A stretch of DNA of 58,632 nucleotides from an uncultured Collinsella sp. (GTDB lineage Bacteria; Actinomycetota; Coriobacteriia; Coriobacteriales; Coriobacteriaceae): NCBI GenBank assembly GCA_900546085.1, contig URBS01000001.1:1-58632 (forward strand), read 5' to 3'. The position numbers and the translations under genes were made by a program. Position 1 is the first letter of the stretch; each line of letters begins with the position of its first letter. Below the pieces are notes generated by a model. That model made no database searches. It was not told the origin of the DNA and saw only the letters and a list, made by a program, of their open reading frames with translations. Shown one piece after another: positions 41,004-51,849 of the stretch.

Positions 41004-41969
41004 TTACTTTTGCTTGTCCTGTTCCAGCAGATCGGACGGTGAGCGATCGGGCTTGCCGCCGCGGAAAATCTCGCGGCCATGCAGACGATGCTCCAGGTCA
41101 CGTTCGGCCTTTTCCTCGTCAATCTTGGTCTGGCTCACCACCGGGTCCTCGATCAGCGACGAAACCGAGTTCACCTGTTTTTGAATGCGCTCGGCAATGG
41201 TGTCGTCCATGCTTACGATGCGCATCTTCCAGTCGATACTCGTGGCGTTGGATGAGCTCTTGGTCCACACAAACGTCAAAATGGCGCTCTGATGACCCCG
41301 CGCGGGAAACATGCCAAAGAAGGAATCGTGCTGAATGTTGCTATCCTCGTCGATATAGGCGTGAACGTTATACACCACGCGGTCGATCTTATCGTTGAGC
41401 AGCGCGTTGGTCGCAAGCGCAGCGGCCTGAATCTGCCCGTTGGACAGCAGCTCGAGCTCGTTGGCAGACGATGTGTCCAACACCGTCACCTCGACCGTGC
41501 CCGTACGCTCATCAGCTTCATCGACGGTAAAGTCGAGCGGGAACTGCGTAAAGCCGTTACCCCACTCAAGGCCGCCCTTCAGCGCCGTCGAAACGGTATC
41601 CACCGAAACGCTCTCGGACAGGTTGGCGGTGTTCAGGCGTCGCATCACGCCGTAGCCAATCTGCATGCCCACAATCAGCACCAAGATGCCAATGACCACG
41701 GCCATGGCAGTCTTCGTAATGGTATGGCTCACCTGCGAGCCCGAAGGGTCGTCCTCGGACAGCGGGTCGATATGTTTTGCCTGGCTCGCGCGGTCCTCGC
41801 TGCGCAGCTGCGCTAGCGCCGCTTTGTCACCGCGCTTGGCCGCAGCCTCCTTCTCACGCATGCGCTCGGTTCGCTTTTTGGCAAGCGTGGGATCCAAGAC
41901 ACCGGATGCATCGATTTCGGAGAATAACTCCGTCACTTCTTCCGGAGTCAAAGGGTTCTTGTCAGCCAT
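41004..41969 (-). CDS. Hypothetical single-pass membrane protein
   Basis: 321-aa ORF with RBS, one TM helix (AMAVVIGILVLIVGMQIGYGV), apparently co-transcribed with the ABC gene. Confidence 0.75.
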   Translation of the reverse strand: MADKNPLTPEEVTELFSEIDASGVLDPTLAKKRTERMREKEAAAKRGDKAALAQLRSEDRASQAKHIDPLSEDDPSGSQVSHTITKTAMAVVIGILVLIVGMQIGYGVMRRLNTANLSESVSVDTVSTALKGGLEWGNGFTQFPLDFTVDEADERTGTVEVTVLDTSSANELELLSNGQIQAAALATNALLNDKIDRVVYNVHAYIDEDSNIQHDSFFGMFPARGHQSAILTFVWTKSSSNATSIDWKMRIVSMDDTIAERIQKQVNSVSSLIEDPVVSQTKIDEEKAERDLEHRLHGREIFRGGKPDRSPSDLLEQDKQK

Positions 41970-41988
41970 AAACTTCCTGTCATATCAA

Positions 41989-43761
41989 TCAGTCGAGCTC
42001 GTGCGCACGCGCACCTTCGAACTGCATTCGATAGTAACGGGCATAAGTGCCGCCACGGGCGAGAAGCACCTCGTGCGTGCCACGCTCCACAACGCGACCA
42101 TGCTCAACGGTCGCAATCTCATCGGCATGCTTAATGGTCGAAAGACGGTGGGCGATGATAATCGTGGTGCGGCCGCGTGCCAGCTCTTCGAGCGACTCCT
42201 GCACCGCCTCCTCGCTCTCGTTATCCAAAGCACTCGTCGCCTCGTCCAAAATCAGGATCTTGGGGTTCTTGAGAAACACGCGCGCGATGGCAACACGCTG
42301 CTTCTGTCCGCCCGAAAGACGGCTGCCGCGCTCGCCCACGACCGTGTCATAGCCCTGTGGAAGCGACTCGATAAAGGCATCGATGTTGGCGCGACGGGCG
42401 GCCTCGGCGATCTCTTCAGCCGTAGCGCCCGGCTTGCCATAGGCGATGTTCTCGCCAATCGTACCGTCAAATAGATAGACATCCTGCTGCACCAGGCCGA
42501 TGGCGCGGCGCAGGCTCTGCTGCGTCACATCGCGCACATCCTGGCCGTCGATGCTAATGGATCCGGCAGCCACGTCATAAAAGCGCGGCAGCAGCGAACA
42601 GGTCGTGGACTTGCCACCGCCCGAAGGGCCAACCAAAGCGATGGTCTGCCCGGGCTTGATGGACAGATTCATATGGTCGATAACGGGACACTCTTCGGCA
42701 TCGCCCTCGCCCAGCTCAACGTCCTCGTAGTTAAAGCACACGTCGTGATAATCCACGGCGCCGGCGGTCACCTGCAGATCCGTGGCGCCCGGCTTGTCTT
42801 GGATATCCGGCGCGGTCGAGAGCACCTCGTCCATACGCTTAAAGCCAGCGATGGCCTTCTGATACATTTCGGCCGAATTGACGAGTGTCTCGAGCGGCGT
42901 GCAGAACAGCGAAATGTAGAGCGCGAAGGTTGCCATATCGACCGCCTGCAGCTGACCCTGGGCAACGAGCCAACCACCCAGCAGCACCACGATCACGTAC
43001 AGCACGCCCGAGAGCAGGCCATACGTCGCAGTATAGACGCCCATGGCGTGATACATGTTTTCCTTGGACGAAAGGTAGCGATTGTTGGAGGCGCGGAACT
43101 TAGAGCGCTCGGTCTCCTCATTGGCAAAGCTCTTGACCACGCGCATGCCCGCCAGCGAATCCTGCAGCTGCGCATTGATGCCGCTGATTTTTTTGCGATT
43201 GTCGCTAAAGACCTCGCGCATGCGCATGTTCTGCCAAAACATGATGACCGCAAACGCTGCTGTCACCACAGCCATGGCAAGCGCCAGCACCGGGGCGATG
43301 GTAAAGAGGATCACAAACGAGCCGATAATCTCGATGCCGCAGATGATGATCCACTCGGGCACGTGATGCGCCGCCTCGCAGATATCGAACAGGTCGTTGA
43401 CCACGCGGCTCATCATGTCGCCCGAGCTGTTACGGTCGAAGTACGCAAAGCTAAAGCGCTCGTACTGGTCAAACAGGTCCTCGCGCATCTTGGACTCCAT
43501 GCGCGCGCCCATCACGTGGCCCCAGTAGCTCACAAAGTAGCGGCAGGCGCAACGGATGATATACATCAGCACCAAACCCACCGCGATCATACCGAGCGCC
43601 TGCATAATGGCAGCCTGACCCTGAGTAAACAGCCCACCGGTCAAATTGCGCAGAATAATAGGAAACGCAAGGTCAATGGCAGCAAGCACCAGAGCACAAA
43701 CAGTATCAGCAACAAAAAGCCCCATCTGGGGCTCGTAATACGAGAGAAACCTTTTCAGCAT
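41989..43761 (-). CDS. ABC exporter, fused permease/ATP-binding (MdlB/MsbA-like)
   Basis: N-terminal TM domain, GPSGGGKS, LSGGQKQR, LDEATSALD. Confidence 0.93.
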   Translation of the reverse strand: MLKRFLSYYEPQMGLFVADTVCALVLAAIDLAFPIILRNLTGGLFTQGQAAIMQALGMIAVGLVLMYIIRCACRYFVSYWGHVMGARMESKMREDLFDQYERFSFAYFDRNSSGDMMSRVVNDLFDICEAAHHVPEWIIICGIEIIGSFVILFTIAPVLALAMAVVTAAFAVIMFWQNMRMREVFSDNRKKISGINAQLQDSLAGMRVVKSFANEETERSKFRASNNRYLSSKENMYHAMGVYTATYGLLSGVLYVIVVLLGGWLVAQGQLQAVDMATFALYISLFCTPLETLVNSAEMYQKAIAGFKRMDEVLSTAPDIQDKPGATDLQVTAGAVDYHDVCFNYEDVELGEGDAEECPVIDHMNLSIKPGQTIALVGPSGGGKSTTCSLLPRFYDVAAGSISIDGQDVRDVTQQSLRRAIGLVQQDVYLFDGTIGENIAYGKPGATAEEIAEAARRANIDAFIESLPQGYDTVVGERGSRLSGGQKQRVAIARVFLKNPKILILDEATSALDNESEEAVQESLEELARGRTTIIIAHRLSTIKHADEIATVEHGRVVERGTHEVLLARGGTYARYYRMQFEGARAHELD

Positions 43762-43792
43762 GTGATCCTCAAAGAAATATCAGCAACGTAAG

Positions 43793-43831
43793 GCCCTGGG
43801 ACAAAGTAATCAGTAGTACTTGTCCCAGGGC
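43793..43831. terminator. Hairpin after the NUDIX gene
   Basis: GCCCTGGGACAA...TTGTCCCAGGGC. Confidence 0.5.
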
Positions 43832-43843
43832 TATCCCCACTCG

Positions 43844-44539
43844 TTAAAGTTCGGTCCCGCCCAAGCGATGCGCGATGCTATCGCAGGCCAAGGCGCCCAC
43901 GACGGTCTTGGCGTCTTCGATCTTGCCGTCGAGCACGGCGTCGATCAGCTCGTGCAGCGGCACCAGGTCAACGTTGACAAACTCGTCATCGTCGGGGTTG
44001 GGCGCGTCGAACTCGAGCTTGGTGGCCAGGTAGATATGAATGATCTCGTCGCAGAAGCCGCAGGACGTGACAATCGACGTCAAAAAGCGAATGCGACCAG
44101 CCCTAAAGCCCGTCTCCTCATGCAGCTCGCGTTTGGCGCAATCGAGCGGGTCCTCGCCTGGATCGAGCTTGCCGGCGGGAATCTCGACCGTCACGCGGTC
44201 GATGGCGGTGCGGTACTGACGCACCAGCACAATCTTGCCGCTCTCGGTCAGCGCCACAACGGCTGCCGCGCCCGGATGGCGAACGATATCGCGGGCGCTG
44301 CGGCGACCGTTGGGCAGCTCAACCTCAAGACGGTGGACGTCGAGAATCTTGCCCTTCCAGGCGCACTCCTCCGAAAGAATCTTCTCGTGAAGCTCGGCAT
44401 CGTGCGGGTCGTCGTCGCCCAGCACCAGCGCCGGCTCGTCAGCGACCTCGCCACCAGGTTCGCCCTCGGCGTGCCCATACATGCGGCTGTCCTCCTCGAC
44501 GATCTGCGCATCCACGAGCTCTTCGTTCTTCTCGTCCAT
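43844..44539 (-). CDS. nudF: NUDIX hydrolase (ADP-ribose pyrophosphatase NudF-like)
   Basis: HPGAAAVV, VRQYR, Nudix box EIPAGKLDPGEDPLDCAKRELHEETG, KIEDAKT. Confidence 0.85.
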   Translation of the reverse strand: MDEKNEELVDAQIVEEDSRMYGHAEGEPGGEVADEPALVLGDDDPHDAELHEKILSEECAWKGKILDVHRLEVELPNGRRSARDIVRHPGAAAVVALTESGKIVLVRQYRTAIDRVTVEIPAGKLDPGEDPLDCAKRELHEETGFRAGRIRFLTSIVTSCGFCDEIIHIYLATKLEFDAPNPDDDEFVNVDLVPLHELIDAVLDGKIEDAKTVVGALACDSIAHRLGGTEL

Positions 44540-44560
44540 CCGTCTCATTCCTCTCGGACT

Positions 44561-45865
44561 TTAGGCATCCCAGGCGTCGCGGCCGCGTAGCGCGCGCAGG
44601 CCGATGTCGTGACGCAGGGTCTTGCCCTCAAAATCAATCTTCTCGCAGGCCTCGTAGGCAAGGTTGCGAGCGTTCTCGAACGTGTCGCCCAGAGCGGTCA
44701 CGGCAAGCACGCGGCCACCATTGGTCACGAGCTGGCCGTCCACCACGGCAGTGCCCGCATGGTACACGGTCACGTTCTCCATGGCCTCGGCATCGGCGAT
44801 ACCGGTGATGACCTTGCCCTTCTCGTAGCTGCCGGGATAGCCCGCGCTCGTCAGGACAACGGCCACGGCCCACTCGTCACGCCAGTCGAGCTCAATCTGA
44901 TCGAGCTCACAGTTGGCGCAGGCCAGCATGACCTCAACCAGGTCGTTCTTAAGGCGCGGCAGCACGACCTGTGTCTCGGGGTCGCCAAAGCGGGCATTGA
45001 ACTCCAGCACCTTGGGGCCGGCGGGCGTGAGCATAAAGCCGCCGTACAGGCAGCCGCGGTAGTCGATGCCCTCGGCAGCAAGCTCGGCAACGGTCTGCTC
45101 CATGACCTTCACCATGGTGGCGTGCTCCTCGTCGGTCACGATGGGCACCGGGCTGTAGACACCCATGCCGCCGGTGTTGGGGCCCTTGTCGCCCTCGAGC
45201 GCGCGCTTGTGGTCCTGCGAGGTGGCCATGGGACGCACGGTCTTGCCGTCGGTAAAGGCCAAAAGCGAGCACTCGGGGCCGGTCAGCATCTCCTCGATAA
45301 CCACGGTGTTGCCGGCATCGCCAAAGGTGCCGCCAAAGCACTCGCGCACGGCCTCCTCGGCCTGCTCAAGTTCGGTCGCCACGATAACGCCCTTGCCCGC
45401 GGCAAGGCCGTCGGCCTTGACGACCAGCGGAGCGCCCTGCTCACGCACATAAGCAAGAGCCGAAGCCTCGTCGGTAAACGAGCCGTAGGCTGCCGTCGGA
45501 ATACCGGCGCGCTCCATGAGCTGCTTGGAGAACAGCTTGGAACCCTCCATCCGGGCGCCCTCGGCACCCGGGCCAAAGCAGGGAATACCTGCCGCGCGCA
45601 CGGCGTCGGCCACGCCCGCCACGAGCGGAGCCTCGGGGCCAATTACCACGAGTCCGCATCCGTGGCTCTGCGCAAACGCCGCCACGGCCGCAGGATCGCA
45701 GTCGTCGAGAACAACGTTCTCGCCGCAGCTCGCGGTGCCGCCGTTGCCCGGCGCGATGTAGAGCTTGCCGGCGCGCGGTGATGCCGCGAGCTTAGCTGCC
45801 AAAGCATGCTCACGGCCGCCGCTGCCCAACAACAGGATGTCGATGGTTTGAGTGTCCGCCTTCAA
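44561..45865 (-). CDS. purD: Phosphoribosylamine-glycine ligase
   Basis: GSGGREHAL, KADGLAAGKGV, GPNTGGMG, EFNARFGDPETQ; TTG start with GAGGAGG RBS. Confidence 0.97.
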   Translation of the reverse strand: MKADTQTIDILLLGSGGREHALAAKLAASPRAGKLYIAPGNGGTASCGENVVLDDCDPAAVAAFAQSHGCGLVVIGPEAPLVAGVADAVRAAGIPCFGPGAEGARMEGSKLFSKQLMERAGIPTAAYGSFTDEASALAYVREQGAPLVVKADGLAAGKGVIVATELEQAEEAVRECFGGTFGDAGNTVVIEEMLTGPECSLLAFTDGKTVRPMATSQDHKRALEGDKGPNTGGMGVYSPVPIVTDEEHATMVKVMEQTVAELAAEGIDYRGCLYGGFMLTPAGPKVLEFNARFGDPETQVVLPRLKNDLVEVMLACANCELDQIELDWRDEWAVAVVLTSAGYPGSYEKGKVITGIADAEAMENVTVYHAGTAVVDGQLVTNGGRVLAVTALGDTFENARNLAYEACEKIDFEGKTLRHDIGLRALRGRDAWDA

Positions 45866-45983
45866 GGGTGCCTCCTCTATGGATGAATGGCCCGCTCCGC
45901 GCGAGCCCTTTGCAAGCAAATATACCCCTCGGCCGCCCGTCCGGGCTGCAAAGGGGTATATCGCAATAACCAAATAGTCCCGA

Positions 45984-47279
<1,296 letters not shown>

Positions 47280-47363
47280 TTACATTCATGGACTGTCTAC
47301 GCGCCACGCCGGCACGCAGAAGCACAAAACATTCCCAGTATACCCGTGCAACGGGCGCCTGTC

Positions 47364-48755
47364 CTACTCCTCGGCATGTGCCCCATCAAGCTCATAGAAC
47401 TTGGTGGATGCCGGCAGGAACATCAGGTCGACGTCGCCGATCGGGCCCGAACGGTTCTTGGCCACGACGATACGCGTAACGCCCTCGTCGGGTCGATCGT
47501 CGCGCGAGGCTTCGGCCTCGTCGGCGGAGCGGTCCAAGAACATAACGATATCGGCGTCCTGCTCGATGGAGCCCGATTCACGAAGGTCGGAAAGCTGCGG
47601 GCGCTTGCCGGTACGGGATTCGACCTGACGCGAGAGCTGCGACAGCGCGATGAGCGGGATCTTGAGTTCCTTGGCCATGATCTTCAGACCACGCGACATC
47701 TCGGAGACCTCGACGGTACGGCTCTCGGAGCGGCGTCCCGGCGGAGGACTCACCAGCTGCAGGTAGTCCAGGATGATGATGGCCTTCTCCTTGTTGTGGA
47801 GCATGCGGCGGCTCTTGGCGCGAATCTCGGTCACTGTGGTGCCGGGCGTATCGTCAATCAGAATATCGAGCTTGGACAAGGTCTGCGTGGCCTCGTTGAT
47901 ATTGGCCCACTGCTCGGGGCTAATGCGGCCCATGCGGAAGTCACTGATCGAAATCATGGCGTAGGCGCAAATCAGACGCTGGGCAATTTCCTTGCCCGAC
48001 ATCTCCAGCGAGAAGAAGCCGACGGTATAACCGGCCGCGGCAGCGTTGAGCGCCAGATTCAGGGCGAACGACGTCTTACCCACAGCAGGGCGGGCGCCGA
48101 TGATGATGAGCTGGCCCTCGCGAAAACCCATGAGCATGCGGTCGAGCGACGGGAAGCCCGTGGGCACGCCCGCAGCCTGGCCGCCTGCCTGGCACACTTC
48201 CTCGGCCTCGTTATAGGCCTCGACCATAAACTCGGTCAGCGTCTTGTAGCTCGACTTGACCTCGCGCGCCGTGACCTTGAGCAACTTGCTCTCGGCCAGC
48301 TCCACGACCTCTTTGGTATCGGTGGGAGCGTTATAGGCCAGCGCGTTGATCTCGTTGGTGGCGCCGATCAGCTCACGCAGCATCGAATCGCGGCGAACGA
48401 TAGCGGCATGGTGCTGCCAGTTGACGAGCGACAGGGTCTGACCCATCAACTCCAAAATGTAGGCCTCGCCGCCCACGGCATCAAGCTTGTTGATGCTTCG
48501 CAGGTAATCGATCAGCGAGATGGAGTCGATGGGAATGCGGCTGTTGTACATATCGACCATCGCGGTATAGATGGTCTTATGAATGGGCCGGTAGAAGTCA
48601 TCGGGCTGCAGCTCGACCTGGGCCTCTTCGACCACCTCGGGCGATAGCAGCATAGCGGCCAGTACATTGGCCTCTGCATCTTGGTTTTGGGGAAGACCCA
48701 ACTTGGAGCCGCGGTCCTCAACCGTCAGCCCGGTCTCCCTATCGTCATATGCCAT
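47364..48755 (-). CDS. dnaB: Replicative DNA helicase (no intein)
   Basis: GARPAVGKT, FSLEMS, LDYLQL, LSQLSR, DLRESGSIEQDAD, AKNRSGP. Confidence 0.97.
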   Translation of the reverse strand: MAYDDRETGLTVEDRGSKLGLPQNQDAEANVLAAMLLSPEVVEEAQVELQPDDFYRPIHKTIYTAMVDMYNSRIPIDSISLIDYLRSINKLDAVGGEAYILELMGQTLSLVNWQHHAAIVRRDSMLRELIGATNEINALAYNAPTDTKEVVELAESKLLKVTAREVKSSYKTLTEFMVEAYNEAEEVCQAGGQAAGVPTGFPSLDRMLMGFREGQLIIIGARPAVGKTSFALNLALNAAAAGYTVGFFSLEMSGKEIAQRLICAYAMISISDFRMGRISPEQWANINEATQTLSKLDILIDDTPGTTVTEIRAKSRRMLHNKEKAIIILDYLQLVSPPPGRRSESRTVEVSEMSRGLKIMAKELKIPLIALSQLSRQVESRTGKRPQLSDLRESGSIEQDADIVMFLDRSADEAEASRDDRPDEGVTRIVVAKNRSGPIGDVDLMFLPASTKFYELDGAHAEE

Positions 48756-48917
48756 GAGCATCCTCATTCATATCGCTTGCGAGCATCCATAGTATCAGCC
48801 ACGGTCCCAAAACGCGCCGCGCACCGCCAATCATCACCGAACCAAACGGATGAACGGTCCTGTATATAGGACTTCGACGCAACGTTCACCATGACACTCA
48901 CTCAGCGCAAAAAACAA

Positions 48918-48947
48918 AAGGGCGCCCTGGTTTCCCAGAGCGCCCTT
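48918..48947 (-). terminator. Terminator of the rpsF-ssb-rpsR-rplI operon
   Basis: AAGGGCGC...GCGCCCTT with a T-rich tail on the minus strand. Confidence 0.75.
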
Positions 48948-48979
48948 CTTAGAACAAGATTGTTGCGTTGCAGCAAATG

Positions 48980-49519
48980 CTACTCGGCAGCAGCCTCAGT
49001 CTCGACCTCGGCGGTCTCGGCCTCGGCGACCTCAGCGGCCTCCTCGACCTCAGCCTCGGCAGCGAGCTCCTCGGCGGTAACGCCGACGAGAACGACAACC
49101 TCGGCCTTGATCTCGCGGTACAGCGAGATGGCAACGGTGTGGGCACCGGCAACCTTGATGGGCTTACCGAGCTCGACGCGCTTGCGGTCGATGTCCATAC
49201 CGAGCTGAGCCTTGATGGCGTCAGCGATCATAGCGGCGGTAACGGAGCCAAAGAGGATGCCCTCGTCGCCGACCTTGACGTCAACGGTGACCGTCTTGCC
49301 CTCAAAGGCAGCCTTGGTCTCGTTGGCGGTAGCCAGACGGACGGCCTCGCGCTTGGCGATGTTGTTGCGACGCTCGTCAAGCTGCTTGAGGTTGCCCTTG
49401 GTGGCGGCAACAGCGAGCTTCTTGGGGAACAGGAAGTTCTCAGCGTAACCCTGAGCGACCTCTACGACGTCACCCTCGCCGCCCTTGCCCTTGATCTCAT
49501 CGAGAAGAATAACCTTCAT
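48980..49519 (-). CDS. rplI: 50S ribosomal protein L9
   Basis: MKVILL...GDVVEVAQGYAENFLFP, LFGSVT; acidic C-terminal extension. Confidence 0.97.
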   Translation of the reverse strand: MKVILLDEIKGKGGEGDVVEVAQGYAENFLFPKKLAVAATKGNLKQLDERRNNIAKREAVRLATANETKAAFEGKTVTVDVKVGDEGILFGSVTAAMIADAIKAQLGMDIDRKRVELGKPIKVAGAHTVAISLYREIKAEVVVLVGVTAEELAAEAEVEEAAEVAEAETAEVETEAAAE

Positions 49520-49534
49520 GATGCGTCTCCCTTC

Positions 49535-49801
49535 TTAGCCGCGGTCGCGGTTGCCACGAGAGGAAACCACGGGGACGGTGTACGGCAGGAGAGCCATCTC
49601 GCGGGCGCGCTTGATGGCGTTGGCGATGTCATGCTGATGCTGCGTGCAAGCGCCAGTGACGCGACGGGGCTTAATCTTGCCACGGTCGGTCATGTACTTA
49701 CGGAGAAGCTGAGTGTCCTTATAGTCGATGAACTCAGTGTTCTCCTTGCAGAACTGGCAGTACTTACGACGCGGCTGACGTGCAGAAAAATCATTAGCCA
49801 T
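49535..49801 (-). CDS. rpsR: 30S ribosomal protein S18
   Basis: [37 protein letters not shown]. Confidence 0.97.
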   Translation of the reverse strand: MANDFSARQPRRKYCQFCKENTEFIDYKDTQLLRKYMTDRGKIKPRRVTGACTQHQHDIANAIKRAREMALLPYTVPVVSSRGNRDRG

Positions 49802-49873
49802 GTCAAAATACCTTTCGTTTGGCAACTTCGGCGAACCGAAGCCGCCTCTCACTCAAAAATAGGTGAACAACCC

Positions 49874-50326
49874 TTAGAACGGGATGTCCTCATCGTAGAC
49901 GTCGACCGCGGGCGGCGTAGCCACCGGTGCGGCAGGACGTGCTGCGGGCGCGGGAGCTGCGGGGGCGTAACCGCCCTGGTCGTAGCCACCCTGGCCACCA
50001 CGGGAGCTCATAAACTCGATCTCATCGACGATGACCTCAAGCTTGCTCCGGCGCTGGCCGTCGCGCTCCCAAGAGCTGTAGCGCAGCTTGCCCTCGATCG
50101 CGACCTTGTTTCCCTTTGCCAGGAAACGGCTCACGGCCTCGGCGCGGGTGCCGAACATGGTGCAGTCGACAAAGTTGGGATAGTCCTCCCACTCGCCAGT
50201 CTGCGCGTTGCGGCGACGATCGTTCACGGCGACGCCAAAGGACAGAACCTGGGTTCCGCCGGCGGTGGCGCGCAGCTCGGGATCGCGGGTGAGGTTACCG
50301 GTGATGTTCACTCGATTGATGCTCAT
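49874..50326 (-). CDS. ssb: Single-stranded DNA-binding protein
   Basis: INRVNITGNLTRDPELR; C-terminal DEDIPF. Confidence 0.97.
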   Translation of the reverse strand: MSINRVNITGNLTRDPELRATAGGTQVLSFGVAVNDRRRNAQTGEWEDYPNFVDCTMFGTRAEAVSRFLAKGNKVAIEGKLRYSSWERDGQRRSKLEVIVDEIEFMSSRGGQGGYDQGGYAPAAPAPAARPAAPVATPPAVDVYDEDIPF

Positions 50327-50374
50327 AACTCACTACTTCCTCTTGGGGCACAAGCCCAGTCCAAAACGACAGTC

Positions 50375-50668
50375 TTACTCCTGGTCGTCGCGACGGACGA
50401 TCATGTGGCGGACCACAGCGTCGGTGATGCGCAGGACGCGATCAAGCTCGGCGATCTGGGTAGGATCTGCGTGGAAGTTGATGAGGGTGTAGTCACCATC
50501 GGTGAGGTCGTTGATCTCGTAGGCGAGCTTGCGCTTGCCCCACTCGTCAACGGAGTCGACCTTGCCAGCGCCCTCAGCGATCGTGGTATCGATACGCTTC
50601 ATAACAGCGAGACGAGTCTCGGGGTCGAGCGACGGGTCAACAAAGAACAGCAGTTCATAAGCCTTCAT
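50375..50668 (-). CDS. rpsF: 30S ribosomal protein S6
   Basis: MKAYELLF, WGKRKLAYEI, ELDRVLRI..VVRHMI. Confidence 0.97.
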   Translation of the reverse strand: MKAYELLFFVDPSLDPETRLAVMKRIDTTIAEGAGKVDSVDEWGKRKLAYEINDLTDGDYTLINFHADPTQIAELDRVLRITDAVVRHMIVRRDDQE

Positions 50669-50670
50669 AT

Positions 50671-50726
50671 TGTCACCTCCTCTGGGCAAATGTGGCTTCA
50701 GGTCGTGAAGGTGCGCCTGAAGCAGG
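50671..50726 (-). promoter_or_regulatory. Probable S6:S18 autoregulatory mRNA leader
   Basis: Minus strand CCTGCTTCAGG...CCTGAAGC hairpin, then CCC and GGAGG SD able to pair with the 5' CCT; expected position upstream of rpsF. Confidence 0.6.
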
Positions 50727-50739
50727 AAAAGACTTGGTA

Positions 50740-50768
50740 ATAATATCTTTCAACCTCCTAGGCTGCAA
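50740..50768 (-). promoter_or_regulatory. Sigma70-type promoter for the rpsF operon
   Basis: TTGCAG-17 bp-TATTAT on the minus strand. Confidence 0.6.
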
Positions 50769-51129
50769 GAATATGCAGCTACAACCTCATGACCTCCACA
50801 TATGTCCATGCTCACACGGCACTTCATGCGCATTCCAACCAAATGCTGACCAAATGCTTGACGGATCTGTGTTCAAGATACGGTGCCGTGGGGACAAGCT
50901 GAGCCAAGCCGCAGGTCAGCGGGCACAAGGCTGTGGTCGCAAAATGCATACCAGTGGCCCACAGCACCACCCAAAGATTTTTAAATTCATTGCCAAGTCG
51001 CTTATGAATACCCTTTTTTGAACAATTGAGTTGATCAACCACGCTGGTCGGAAGCCGTTTTTTGGGACCTCAAGCCCCACTGCAGCGCCAAGCACGGCCA
51101 AGCGTTTTAAAAAATGCCAACTTTTCTGT

Positions 51130-51157
51130 TTGCACTTTGCGATTCCTCGTGTATACT
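51130..51157 (+). promoter_or_regulatory. Sigma70-type promoter for the tRNA-Ser genes
   Basis: TTGCAC-16 bp-TATACT just upstream of the tRNA. Confidence 0.55.
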
Positions 51158-51173
51158 GACTTTCGCATTTAAC

Positions 51174-51264
51174 GGAGAGTTGTCCGAGTGGCCGAAGGAG
51201 CACGATTGGAAATCGTGTAGGCGTCAAAAGCGTCTCCAGGGTTCAAATCCCTGACTCTCCGCCA
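51174..51264 (+). tRNA. tRNA-Ser (GGA)
   Basis: Acceptor GGAGAGT/ACTCTCC, anticodon arm CACGA-TTGGAAA-TCGTG, long variable arm, GTTCAAATC, GCCA end. Confidence 0.97.
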
Positions 51265-51312
51265 GTTAATTCCAAAGCAGGCCTTCGAGCCTGCTTTGTT
51301 TTTACCCCACGC

Positions 51313-51403
51313 GGAGGGGTGGCAGAGTGGTTGAATGCGGCGGTCTCGAAAACCGTTTGGCCTGTATAAGGTCACGAGGGTTCGAATCCCTCCTCCTCCG
51401 CCA
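51313..51403 (+). tRNA. tRNA-Ser (CGA)
   Basis: Anticodon arm GCGGT-CTCGAAA-ACCGT, long variable arm, GTTCGAATC, GCCA end. Confidence 0.97.
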
Positions 51404-51412
51404 TTTTGGTTG

Positions 51413-51441
51413 AGAAAGCTCCCGAAAACGGGGGCTTTTTT
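51413..51441 (+). terminator. Terminator after the tRNA-Ser pair
   Basis: AAAGCTCCCG-AAAA-CGGGGGCTTTTTT. Confidence 0.85.
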
Positions 51442-51467
51442 GTTTAGAGTCCCTTACAAGCAAATAC

Positions 51468-51616
51468 GGCGGAGGAGGAGGGATTCGAACCCGTCAGGAC
51501 GCGGAGCGTAAAGAAAACGCGCCAGTGGCGCGTTTTTAGCGCAGCGCGGTCGGCGCAAGCCGACCGAATAAATTTTGAGCTCCGCTCAAAATTTGGACAT
51601 CCCTCCTATTCAGCCA
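51468..51616. repeat. tRNA-associated structured element beginning with an inverted copy of the tRNA-Ser(CGA) 3' end
   Basis: 51468-51492 is the exact reverse complement of 51378-51402; three internal hairpins; degenerate tRNA-3'-like end at 51599-51616. Confidence 0.75.
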
Positions 51617-51849
51617 CGTCCCCCATTGCTTTCGATTTCACCTTGAATCTCAAACATGTACATCACCCTCCAAAAACGACATTTTTCGGCATCTTTGGAG
51701 GCTGATGTACATGTTTGGTACCCATGACCGTTCCCAGTCCCTACCGTTTGCCGAGCAATAGGGTCTCAATCGCCGCCAACCATGTACTATGTACGGGCAT
51801 TGTTCAAACCCGAGAATCAAAGGACCTCATCTTGCCCGTCGTCGCCGCT

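Noticed and set aside
50770..51130. oriC or ncRNA in the AT-richer gap between rpsF and tRNA-Ser
   Set aside because: No TTATCCACA DnaA boxes and only a weak CACGGCAC/GTGCCGTG pairing.
51378..51492. Prophage/ICE attL-attR at tRNA-Ser
   Set aside because: The duplication is inverted, only 65 bp away, and there is no integrase; reported instead as a finding.
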